The notes under the pieces were generated by a model. The model saw nothing but the letters and a program-made list of their open reading frames with translations, made no database searches and had not been told where the DNA came from. Below are positions 45,181-53,159 of a DNA stretch of 64,000 bases, piece after piece. The stretch lies in contig JBAZYO010000001.1 of assembly GCA_041659285.1 (NCBI GenBank), positions 448,618 to 512,617 of the forward strand. The letters run 5' to 3'. A program made the position numbers and the translations under genes. This DNA comes from Vicinamibacterales bacterium. GTDB taxonomy: Bacteria > Acidobacteriota > Vicinamibacteria > Vicinamibacterales > UBA2999. Every line of letters begins with the position of its first letter. Within the stretch, counting starts at the first letter, position 1.

Positions 45181-47619
45181 ATGGCAGAGCGGCTTGTTGG
45201 CAGCAACTACGTCACGCCCGACATCGTGGCCAAGGTCACCGGCCGCGCCCGCTACGCCGAAGACTTCCGCGCCGACGGCATGCTCTTCTGCAAGCTGATG
45301 CTCAGCGAGCGTCCCCATTCGCGCGTGCTGCGCATCGACACCCGCCGCGCCATGGCCCTGCCGGGCGTGCGCGCCATCATCACCGCGGACGATGTGCCGA
45401 AGCTCGGCGGGACCGCCGAGCACTGCCTGACCAACGAGCCGCTCTACGCCGGCGAGCCGATCCTGGCCGTCGCCGCGATCAGTGAAGAGATCGCCGCCGA
45501 TGCCATCGACCTGATCCGTCTCGAGGTCGAACCCCTGCCCTTCGTGACCGATCCCATTGAGAGCCTTCGTCCGGATGGCCCCGACGCGCGCACCGACGGC
45601 AACGTGTGGGCCTCCGCCGCGCCGGCCCCCGGCCAGCCGCCTCGCCCGGTGATCCAGCGGCTCAAGTGGACCGAGGCGGAGTTCGCGGACGCCGCCGAGG
45701 GCCGCATGCCGATGGGCAAGGCGATGGAGGAATGGGCATTCGGCGATCTCGATGCCGCATTCACGGGCGCCGACCTCGTCCTCGACGAGACCTTCATCGT
45801 CCCCTCGACCGGGCATCACCCGCTCGAGACGCGCAGCGCCCTGGCGTTCTGGCAGAACGGCAAGCTGCACCTCCACTGCTCCACCCAAAGCGTGGTGCGC
45901 ACGGTGGACTCGGTGGCGCGCTGGGTCGGCATCGAGCCGAAAGACCTGGTGCTGGTGTCCGAGTACACCGGCGGCGGGTTCGGCAGCAAGGGCGGCGGCG
46001 CGGTGTCGATGGCCATTCCGGCGTTGCTGTCGAAGAAGGCCAACGCGCCGGTGATGATGCGCATCAGCCGCGAGGAAGAGAGCTACATCGGCCGGGCCCG
46101 GACCAACATGGCGGGCCGCGCCAAGGTGGGCTTCGCCAAGGACGGCCGCATTCTTGCCCTCGACCTGTTCATCATCCAGGACAGCGGCCCCTACGGCCCG
46201 ATGGGCGATCACCGATCCGCCGGAAACGCGGCGTCGCTGATCTATCAACCGGTGGCCATGCGGTGGCGCGCCGTGAACGTGGTGACCAACACGCCGCCGC
46301 GCACGCAGCAGCGGTCGCCCGGCCCGATGCAGGCCAACGGCATCATCGAGGGCGTGATCACGAAGGCGGCGAAGCAACTCGGCCTCGACCAGGTCGCGAT
46401 CCGCCGCATGAACTCGCCCGAGGGCAAGGCTCTCTACGGCCCTGCCGACGCGAAGGGCGGGCGCCGGCACATTACCAGCGCATTCGTGAAAGAGGCACTC
46501 GATCGCGGCGTCGAGCTGTTCGACTGGAACACGCGCGTGGCGCGAGCCGGCCAGCGCCACGGATCGAAGGTCCGCGGCGTCGGCGTGGCGATTGGCCCAC
46601 ACGGCGCCGGCTCGATCGGCTATGACGGCCTCATGACCATTCGGCCCGACGGCAAGTTGTACGTGCAGTCGGGCGTGGGCAATCTCGGCACGCACTCGGT
46701 GATCGATCTCGCGCGCGTGGCGGCCGACGTCCTCGAGATGCCGTGGGAGAAGGTCGAGGTCCACTGGGGCGACACCAGCAAGGGCCTGCCGTGGACGTGC
46801 ATGTCGGTGGGCAGCCAGACCACGCACGCCATGACGCGCGCCAATCACGCCGGCGCGATGGACGCCAGGCGGAAGCTGCAGGAGATCGCGGCGAAGGACC
46901 TGGGCGGCTCCCCAGACGATTACATGCTGGGCAACGAGCGCGTCTTCCGCACAGGCACTCCCGCGCGTGGGCTCACGTATGCGCAGGCGGCGCGGCGGGC
47001 CATCGAACTGGGCGGCCGCTACGACGGCCACGAGTTGCCGGACGACATTCACGCGGTCACCAAGGGGGCCGCGGCCATCAACGTCGGCGTCGGGCTGATG
47101 GGCGTGGCGAAAGACGTGTATCCCCGCGACGGCGATACCTATTCGTTCGTCGCCGGCTTCGCCGAGGTGGAAGTGGATGTCGAAACCGGCGTGGTCCGGC
47201 TGGTGGACTTCCTCAGCGTCGGCGACGTCGGCACTGTCGTGAACCCGCGCAGCCTGACCGCGCAGCTGAACGGCGGGTGCTGCCTCGGGATCGCGCACGC
47301 CATGTACCAGAAGCTGGTTTACGACCCTCACTACGGCCTGTCGCTGGCGCGCCGGTTCCACTACAACAAGCCCATGACGATCCTCGACATTCCCCACATG
47401 CGGGCCGAGGCGCTGAACATCGCCGATCCCGAGACGCCCGTAGGCGCGCGCGGCGTGGGCGAGCCGCCGGTCGGCGCCGGCTTCGGCGCGGTGCTGAACG
47501 CGATTGCGGATGCCGTTGGCGTCGACGCCTTCCGCCGCGCGCCGGTGACGTCAGACGTGGTGCTGATGTCGCTCACGCACGGCAAGCGGATGCACGAGCC
47601 GCTGCAGGCGCATATTTAG
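45181..47619 (+). CDS. Xanthine dehydrogenase/aldehyde oxidase-family molybdopterin-binding large subunit
   Basis: 812 aa from the ATG at 45181, which follows AGGAGG. It has an a/b-hammerhead N-terminus (VTGRARYAEDFRADGMLFCK), YTGGGFGSKG, and a C-terminal GVGEPPVGAGFGAVLNAI segment. Confidence 0.85.
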   Translation: MAERLVGSNYVTPDIVAKVTGRARYAEDFRADGMLFCKLMLSERPHSRVLRIDTRRAMALPGVRAIITADDVPKLGGTAEHCLTNEPLYAGEPILAVAAISEEIAADAIDLIRLEVEPLPFVTDPIESLRPDGPDARTDGNVWASAAPAPGQPPRPVIQRLKWTEAEFADAAEGRMPMGKAMEEWAFGDLDAAFTGADLVLDETFIVPSTGHHPLETRSALAFWQNGKLHLHCSTQSVVRTVDSVARWVGIEPKDLVLVSEYTGGGFGSKGGGAVSMAIPALLSKKANAPVMMRISREEESYIGRARTNMAGRAKVGFAKDGRILALDLFIIQDSGPYGPMGDHRSAGNAASLIYQPVAMRWRAVNVVTNTPPRTQQRSPGPMQANGIIEGVITKAAKQLGLDQVAIRRMNSPEGKALYGPADAKGGRRHITSAFVKEALDRGVELFDWNTRVARAGQRHGSKVRGVGVAIGPHGAGSIGYDGLMTIRPDGKLYVQSGVGNLGTHSVIDLARVAADVLEMPWEKVEVHWGDTSKGLPWTCMSVGSQTTHAMTRANHAGAMDARRKLQEIAAKDLGGSPDDYMLGNERVFRTGTPARGLTYAQAARRAIELGGRYDGHELPDDIHAVTKGAAAINVGVGLMGVAKDVYPRDGDTYSFVAGFAEVEVDVETGVVRLVDFLSVGDVGTVVNPRSLTAQLNGGCCLGIAHAMYQKLVYDPHYGLSLARRFHYNKPMTILDIPHMRAEALNIADPETPVGARGVGEPPVGAGFGAVLNAIADAVGVDAFRRAPVTSDVVLMSLTHGKRMHEPLQAHI

Positions 47620-47639
47620 GACTCGTCCTTCGCTCTCGC

Positions 47640-48380
47640 TCAGGGCCCGGCCTTGACGTTGACCCGCGTGCGTTCGGTGAACTCCGAATCCGTCGCCGTG
47701 AGCTCCAACTCGTACACGCCTGCCGCGGAGAACGTCGCCTTCGTGCGTGCGGCGCCCGGAATCGTGAACGTCACCGTGCCGGGACCCTTCAGCATCTTCC
47801 ACTCGACGACCAGGCCCTTGCCTCTCGGTAGTCCCTCGTCGTGCGCGCTGCCGAACAGGTTGAGTTCTTCGTTGAGCGCGACCGTCAGCACGGGCGGGTT
47901 GTTCGGCCGCGCCGTGACGCCGAGCACGCGCACCGTCGGCGGCCGGTTCAGGCAGACGCCCCGCGGGACCTTGGCGTAATCGATCTTCGACAACGCCGGC
48001 GCGCCCTCCACGAGGTTCCAGTTGGACTGGAGCATGCGCTCGCTGGTGCCGGTCGTGGTGCCGGCGTAGCCGAGCGTCCACTTCATCTTGCCGTCGAACT
48101 CGGGGCCCACCACCATCACGCACTGGAAGCGCCAATGGCCCGGCTTGAAGGTGATCGGCTGCATCCGGTCGCCCGGGGTCGGCGCGAATGAGTTGGCGGG
48201 GCCGGGCGGGATGGTCACGACGTCGGCGTTATGGCTGAAGTAGGCAAACGACAGGGTGAAGCTACCGTCGGGGTTCTTGAGAAAGCCGTCGTAGGCCGGG
48301 TAGATCGGCTGGTTCTGTTGGGCGTGCGCCACCGTTGCCAGTGCCAGGACCGCCGCCAACACGCTTGTTCTCGCGATCAT
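47640..48380 (-). CDS. Hypothetical secreted protein with a C-terminal Ig/PKD-like domain
   Basis: 246-aa ORF with the signal peptide MIARTSVLAAVLALATVAHA. The C-terminal segment reads VTFTIPGAARTKATFSAAGVYELELTATD. I recognise no family. Confidence 0.55.
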   Translation of the reverse strand: MIARTSVLAAVLALATVAHAQQNQPIYPAYDGFLKNPDGSFTLSFAYFSHNADVVTIPPGPANSFAPTPGDRMQPITFKPGHWRFQCVMVVGPEFDGKMKWTLGYAGTTTGTSERMLQSNWNLVEGAPALSKIDYAKVPRGVCLNRPPTVRVLGVTARPNNPPVLTVALNEELNLFGSAHDEGLPRGKGLVVEWKMLKGPGTVTFTIPGAARTKATFSAAGVYELELTATDSEFTERTRVNVKAGP

Positions 48381-48391
48381 CGTGATCCTCC

Positions 48392-48469
48392 GGCACCCCT
48401 GGAAGGGGTGCCCTACAGGTACCGGGCGCGTGAGTCGTAGGGCACCCCTTTATGGGGTGCCGCGTGAGT
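48392..48469. repeat. Twin perfect palindromes GGCACCCC-N5-GGGGTGCC, each followed by CGCGTGAGT
   Basis: Palindrome A spans 48392-48412 (loop TGGAA) and palindrome B spans 48441-48461 (loop TTTAT). CGCGTGAGT occurs at 48427-48435 and 48461-48469. The segment GGGGTGCCCTAC (48405-48416) is also the exact complement of GTAGGGCACCCC (48437-48448). Confidence 0.85.
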
Positions 48470-48505
48470 TCCGCGGTGCTAGAGTATGCCCCACAGGGAG
48501 GCCAG

Positions 48506-49975
48506 ATGGTCACCGTTCGTCAGCTTGCCGGCGCTTCAGGGTTCGTGCTTGCCACGGCCCTGCTGTTATCCACACAGCCCGTGACCTACGCGCAGGCACA
48601 AGCCGCCGCGCCGGGGCCCACGTTCAACAAGGACGTGCTCCCCCTCCTGCAGCGGTCGTGTCAGAGCTGCCACCGGCCGGGCACGCACGCGCCGATGTCG
48701 CTGCTGACCTACCGCGACGCGCGGCCGTGGGCGCGCGCCATCAAGCAGAAGGTCACCAGCCGCGAGATGCCGCCCTGGCACATCGACCGCAGCATTGGCG
48801 AGTACCTCGAGGATCCGTCGTTGAGCGACCGCGAGGTCGAGGTGATTGCCGCCTGGGTGGACAAGGGCGCGGTTGAAGGCCGCGCGTCGGATGCGCCTCC
48901 GGCAAAAGTGTTCTTGCCCGACACCGAATGGACCTACGGTCAGCCCGACCTGATTGTCCGCATGGGGAAGGGCTTCAAGATTCCGGCCGAGGGGCCCGAC
49001 TTCATTCCGGAAGAGCACGTCGATCCCGGCCTCACCGAAGACCGCTACGTGAAATGGGTTCAGATCATTCCTGACGCGCACCGTGCCGTCCACCACGCGC
49101 ACGTCTACGTCGATCACCCGGAAGGCGTTGATACCGACGGGCTGAACCTGGGCATGGGCTCCAACGTCGGTAACTCACTGGATCTGATCGAGTACGGCGC
49201 CGGCAACGACGCCGACGTGTTTCCGGACGGCACGGCGAAGATCCTGAAGAAGGGCGCGCAGTTCCGGTTCGAGGCCCACTATCACCCTTACGGCGAAGAG
49301 ACCTTTGATCGCATGCGCGTGGGCATCAAGTTCTACCCCAAGGGCGTGGTGCCGTCGCGTGTCGTGACGTCGCACCGCATCCGCACTGGTGTCGGCAACG
49401 ACTGGGTGCTCAACCGCGAGCGCATCGAAGACCTGTTGCTGCGCGCCGGCCACAAGCTGTCGATCGACGAGCCGTCGATGCCGACCGGTGCGCTGATTGC
49501 CGAGAACCCGCTGCACGCCGCCGCGCTCCTCAGCATCCCGCCCAACTCGGTGGTGCAGCACGAGCGCTTCTGGCCGCTGCCGAAGCCGGCGCTGATCATC
49601 AGCTTCCAGCCGCACATGCATTTCCGCGGCTCCAAGTTGTACCTCGAAGCCATTCATCCGGACGGCCGCCGAGAGGTGCTGACCAGCGCCACGCACTACG
49701 AGCAGAACTGGCAGATCACCTACAAGTACAAGACGCCGCATCTCTTCCCCGCCGGCACCATCCTGCACACGGTGTCGACGCACGACAACACCGCCAACAA
49801 CAAGCACAACCCCGACCCGACCGCGTGGATCGGCTGGGGCAGCCGGACGATGGACGAGATGGGACATGGGTGGACGGACGTCGCCTTCTTGACCGACGCG
49901 CAGTATCAGGAAGAGCTCGCCAAGCGGAAGGCGCAACGGAAGACCGCCACGACCGAGGCGCGCCAACAACAGTAG
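48506..49975 (+). CDS. Secreted mono-haem cytochrome c domain fused to a copper-monooxygenase-like (PHM/DBH-type) domain; function putative
   Basis: 489 aa from the ATG at 48506, which follows GGGAGG. It has a signal peptide and a CxxCH site (LLQRSCQSCHRPG). His clusters follow: VHHAHVY, EAHYHPYG, QPHMHFRG and STHDNTANNKHN. Confidence 0.55.
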   Translation: MVTVRQLAGASGFVLATALLLSTQPVTYAQAQAAAPGPTFNKDVLPLLQRSCQSCHRPGTHAPMSLLTYRDARPWARAIKQKVTSREMPPWHIDRSIGEYLEDPSLSDREVEVIAAWVDKGAVEGRASDAPPAKVFLPDTEWTYGQPDLIVRMGKGFKIPAEGPDFIPEEHVDPGLTEDRYVKWVQIIPDAHRAVHHAHVYVDHPEGVDTDGLNLGMGSNVGNSLDLIEYGAGNDADVFPDGTAKILKKGAQFRFEAHYHPYGEETFDRMRVGIKFYPKGVVPSRVVTSHRIRTGVGNDWVLNRERIEDLLLRAGHKLSIDEPSMPTGALIAENPLHAAALLSIPPNSVVQHERFWPLPKPALIISFQPHMHFRGSKLYLEAIHPDGRREVLTSATHYEQNWQITYKYKTPHLFPAGTILHTVSTHDNTANNKHNPDPTAWIGWGSRTMDEMGHGWTDVAFLTDAQYQEELAKRKAQRKTATTEARQQQ

Positions 49976-49983
49976 GAGTTGTC

Positions 49984-50115
49984 ATGACGACGAGCAGGCT
50001 GCGTGCAAGCTTGATGGCCGTAGGTGTCGCGGCGTCGATCGCCTCAATCAGTGCCAGGCAACCGGCGGCCAAAGTGCTGAAGCTGCCACTGCGGTCGGAT
50101 CCGCTGGCGAAGTGA
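49984..50115 (+). CDS. 43-aa micro-ORF encoding a signal-peptide-like product
   Basis: The product is MTTSRLRASLMAVGVAASIASISARQPAAKVLKLPLRSDPLAK. It has GC-rich third codon positions. It starts 8 nt after the upstream stop, and its TGA overlaps the next start (GTGATG). Confidence 0.35.
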   Translation: MTTSRLRASLMAVGVAASIASISARQPAAKVLKLPLRSDPLAK

Positions 50116-52097
50116 TGCCCGCTTCCGCGCTTCGCGCTTCGGCGAGGCAGGCTCTGGCCGTCATCGGTGTGGCGCTGCTGTCGGTTGGCTTGGGCGCGCA
50201 GTATGGCACCACCGGCGGCGAGTGGCGTACATGGGGTGGCGACCTCGGTGTCACCCGATACGCGCCCCTCGATCAGATTGACGCCACCAACTTCAGCAAG
50301 CTCGAAGTGGCCTGGCGCTTCCGCACGGAGAATCTCGGGAGCCGCCCTGATTTCAACCTGCAGACCACGCCGTTGATGATTGGCGGCGTGCTCTACGCCA
50401 CCGCCGGCGAGCATCGCAACGCGGTCGCGCTCAACGCCGCGACCGGCGAGATGCTGTGGCTGCATCGGCTCGAAGAAGGTCAGCGCGCGCTGCGCTCGTC
50501 GCGACGCCTGTCCGGCCGCGGCGTCGGTTACTGGACCGACGGCAAGGGCGACGAGCGCGTGTTCTACGTCACCATTGGCTACCAGTTGGTCGGCCTCGAC
50601 GCGAAGACCGGTCACCCGCTCAAGGACTTTGGCATCAACGGCGTCGTCGATCTGAAGAAGGACGCGGACCAGGATCTCGATCCGATCGAGGGCGAGATCG
50701 CGTGGAACGGCGCGCCGGTGGTGGCGAAGAACGTGGTGCTGGTGGGCGCCGCCCATCGCGCCGGGTCGGTGCCGCGCAGCCGGAAGAACGCCAAGGGCTA
50801 CATCCGCGCCTATGATGCGCGCACCGGCAAGCGCCTGTGGATCTTCCACACCATCCCGATCTCCGGTGAGTTCGGCAACGACACCTGGCACGAAGGCTCC
50901 TGGGAGTACACCGGCAACACCGGCGTGTGGACCCAGATGACGGTCGATGAACAGTTGGGCATCGCCTACCTGCCGGTCGAGATTCCCACCGGCGATTACT
51001 TTGGCGGTCATCGCCCCGGCAACAACCTGTTTGGGGAAAGCCTGCTTGCGGTCGATCTGCAGACCGGCAAACGCATCTGGCACTACCAGCTCGTGCACCA
51101 CCCGATCTGGGACTACGACATTCCGTGCGCGCCCATTCTCGTCGACATCACGGTGAACGGCCGCAAGATCGCGGCGGTTGCGCAGCCCACCAAGCAGGGC
51201 TTCGTCTACGTGTTCGATCGCAAGACCGGCGAGCCGGTGTGGCCGATCGAAGAGCGTCCGGTCGAGAAAGGCACGGTGCCGCGTGAGTGGTACTCGCCGA
51301 CGCAGCCCTTCCCCACCAAGCCGCCGGCGTTCGAACGCCAGGGCTTCCTCGAAGACTACGTCGTCGATTTCACGCCCGAGATCAAGGCCGAAGCGCTATC
51401 GCTGGTTGCGAAATACAAGACCGGTCCGCTGTTCACGCCGCCGATCGTGCGTGGCGAGAACGGCAAGGAGGGATTGCTCTTCATCCCGAACGGCGCCAAC
51501 TGGCCGGGTGGCTCGTTCGACCCAGAGACCGGGATGCTGTACGTCTATTCCCACACGCTGGTCCGCGTGCTGTCGATGGTTAACGATCCCAAGCGGTCCG
51601 ACATGGCATACATCAGCGCCGGCAGCGCGTCCGAGGATGGCGGCGGCGGACTGTCGGTGAACGGGATCCCCATCGTGAAGCCACCCTGGGGCCGCATCAC
51701 CGCGATTGATCTCAACAAGGGCGAGATCGCGTGGCAGATCGCGCACGGCGAGACACCAGACGCCATCAAGAACCACCCAGCGCTCAAAGGGCTTAACATT
51801 CCGCGCACGGGGCGGCCGGGCGGCGCCGGTGGTAGCTCTGGCGGCATCGGGACGCTGGTCACCAAGACGCTGCTCATTTCCGGCGAGGGCGGCACCGTGG
51901 CCATGCCCGGCGGCCAGCGCGGCGCCATGCTGCGCGCGTACGACAAGAAGACGGGGACCGAAGTAGGCGCGGTCGCCATGCCCGGTGCGCAAACCGGCTC
52001 GCCCATGACCTACATGTTCGGCGGCAAGCAGTACATCGTCGTCGCGGCGAGCAGCTCGATCCGGCCCGGCGAGTTGATCGCCTACAGGTTGCCCTGA
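50112..52097 (+). CDS. PQQ-dependent dehydrogenase (glucose/quinate/alcohol quinoprotein family), soluble periplasmic type
   Basis: 661-aa ORF with a signal peptide. It reads WRTWGGDLGVTRYAPLDQI, then TPLMIGGVLYATAG...ALNAATGEMLW, with eight-bladed W-motif repeats. The start is the GTG at 50112 or the ATG at 50115. Confidence 0.8.
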   Translation: MMPASALRASARQALAVIGVALLSVGLGAQYGTTGGEWRTWGGDLGVTRYAPLDQIDATNFSKLEVAWRFRTENLGSRPDFNLQTTPLMIGGVLYATAGEHRNAVALNAATGEMLWLHRLEEGQRALRSSRRLSGRGVGYWTDGKGDERVFYVTIGYQLVGLDAKTGHPLKDFGINGVVDLKKDADQDLDPIEGEIAWNGAPVVAKNVVLVGAAHRAGSVPRSRKNAKGYIRAYDARTGKRLWIFHTIPISGEFGNDTWHEGSWEYTGNTGVWTQMTVDEQLGIAYLPVEIPTGDYFGGHRPGNNLFGESLLAVDLQTGKRIWHYQLVHHPIWDYDIPCAPILVDITVNGRKIAAVAQPTKQGFVYVFDRKTGEPVWPIEERPVEKGTVPREWYSPTQPFPTKPPAFERQGFLEDYVVDFTPEIKAEALSLVAKYKTGPLFTPPIVRGENGKEGLLFIPNGANWPGGSFDPETGMLYVYSHTLVRVLSMVNDPKRSDMAYISAGSASEDGGGGLSVNGIPIVKPPWGRITAIDLNKGEIAWQIAHGETPDAIKNHPALKGLNIPRTGRPGGAGGSSGGIGTLVTKTLLISGEGGTVAMPGGQRGAMLRAYDKKTGTEVGAVAMPGAQTGSPMTYMFGGKQYIVVAASSSIRPGELIAYRLP

Positions 52098-52909
52098 TGC
52101 GCACAGGAGTTCAAGAGTTTGAAACAGGAGTTCAGGAGATCAGAAGAAATGTATTGGCGTCTCCTATTCTCCTGATCTCCTGTCTAGTCCTTCTACTCTC
52201 CTGTGTGGCTGTGGCGGCCGCGGATCGATATGCCGGGATCGAGATCACGCCATTCGTGCACTCGTCCATCCAGTTCGAGTATGCGGGCAAGGTCATCCAC
52301 GTCGATCCCTGGAGCGTCAGCGACCTGTCGAAGGCGAAGCCCGCCGATCTGATCCTGATCACGGACGACGTGGGCCATCACCTCGATGTGAAGGCCATCG
52401 CGCGCGTGCGAAAGCCGGGCGCGCCGGTGGTGATTGCGGCCAATGGCCTCAAGCAGGTGCCCGACGGCATCGTCATGAACAACGGCGAGGCCAGGCAGTT
52501 CGGGAGCTTCCGCGTCGAGGCGGTGGGCGCCTACGACATCAAGCCCGGCGATCCGTATCACCCGAAGGGCGAGGCCAACGGCTACCTCATCACCGTGGGC
52601 GGCAAGCGCATTTACGTGGCCGGCGTCACCGAGTGCGTGCCGGAAGTGAAGGCCGTGAAGAACGTGGACGTGGCGTTCTTCCCGCTGAACCTGCCGCTCG
52701 CCCGCATGGAACCCGCCGCGGCCATCGACTGCCTTGCCGCGATGGCGCCCAAGGTCGTGTATCCGTATCACTACGATCAGGAATGGGTGCGCCCCGTGCC
52801 GGTGGGCGGTTCAAGGCCGGTGCCGACGACCCGAGGGCTCCAGGAACTGAAGACGGCGCTCACCAGGCTCAAGATCGATGTTCGGTTCGCGGACTGGTAT
52901 CCGAGATAA
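52097..52909 (+). CDS. MBL-fold metallo-hydrolase (Lactamase_B_3/UlaG-like)
   Basis: 270-aa ORF with HVDPWS, LILITDDVGHHLD, YLITVGGKRIYVAGVTE and VVYPYHYD segments. The start overlaps the PQQ-DH stop (TGATG). The N-terminal about 35 codons are encoded by the AT-rich palindromic element, so the true start is uncertain. Confidence 0.7.
   Translation: MRTGVQEFETGVQEIRRNVLASPILLISCLVLLLSCVAVAAADRYAGIEITPFVHSSIQFEYAGKVIHVDPWSVSDLSKAKPADLILITDDVGHHLDVKAIARVRKPGAPVVIAANGLKQVPDGIVMNNGEARQFGSFRVEAVGAYDIKPGDPYHPKGEANGYLITVGGKRIYVAGVTECVPEVKAVKNVDVAFFPLNLPLARMEPAAAIDCLAAMAPKVVYPYHYDQEWVRPVPVGGSRPVPTTRGLQELKTALTRLKIDVRFADWYPR
52102..52207. repeat. AT-rich imperfect palindromic element (AGGAG-rich left arm, CTCCT-rich right arm)
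   Basis: The left arm is CACAGGAGTTCAAGAGTTTGAAACAGGAGTTCAGGAGATCAGAAGAA. The reverse complement of the right arm is CACAGGAGAGTAGAAGGACTAGACAGGAGATCAGGAGAATAGGAGA. The inner arms AGGAGATCAGAAGAA and TTCTCCTGATCTCCT form a near-perfect 15-bp inverted repeat. Confidence 0.75.
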
Positions 52910-52967
52910 AGGTGCCGAGGTGCTTGCGGGCCTGGTTCGCTTCGACCTGGGGCTTCCGTACGTGCGA

Positions 52968-52990
52968 AAGGCCCGGTATACCCGGGCCTT
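52968..52990. terminator. GC-rich hairpin between the MBL gene and tRNA-Pro (possible bidirectional terminator)
   Basis: AAGGCCCGG-tatac-CCGGGCCTT forms a 9-bp stem. There is no clear U tract on either strand. Confidence 0.4.
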
Positions 52991-53001
52991 CCTGGAAGAA
53001 T

Positions 53002-53078
<77 letters not shown>

Positions 53079-53159
53079 ACTTGAGACAGCATACTCCATT
53101 GCCCGCCAAAAGGCACCAAAACTAAGTTGCCGCCCTTCTGGCACGGCCAACGGTAGCGG

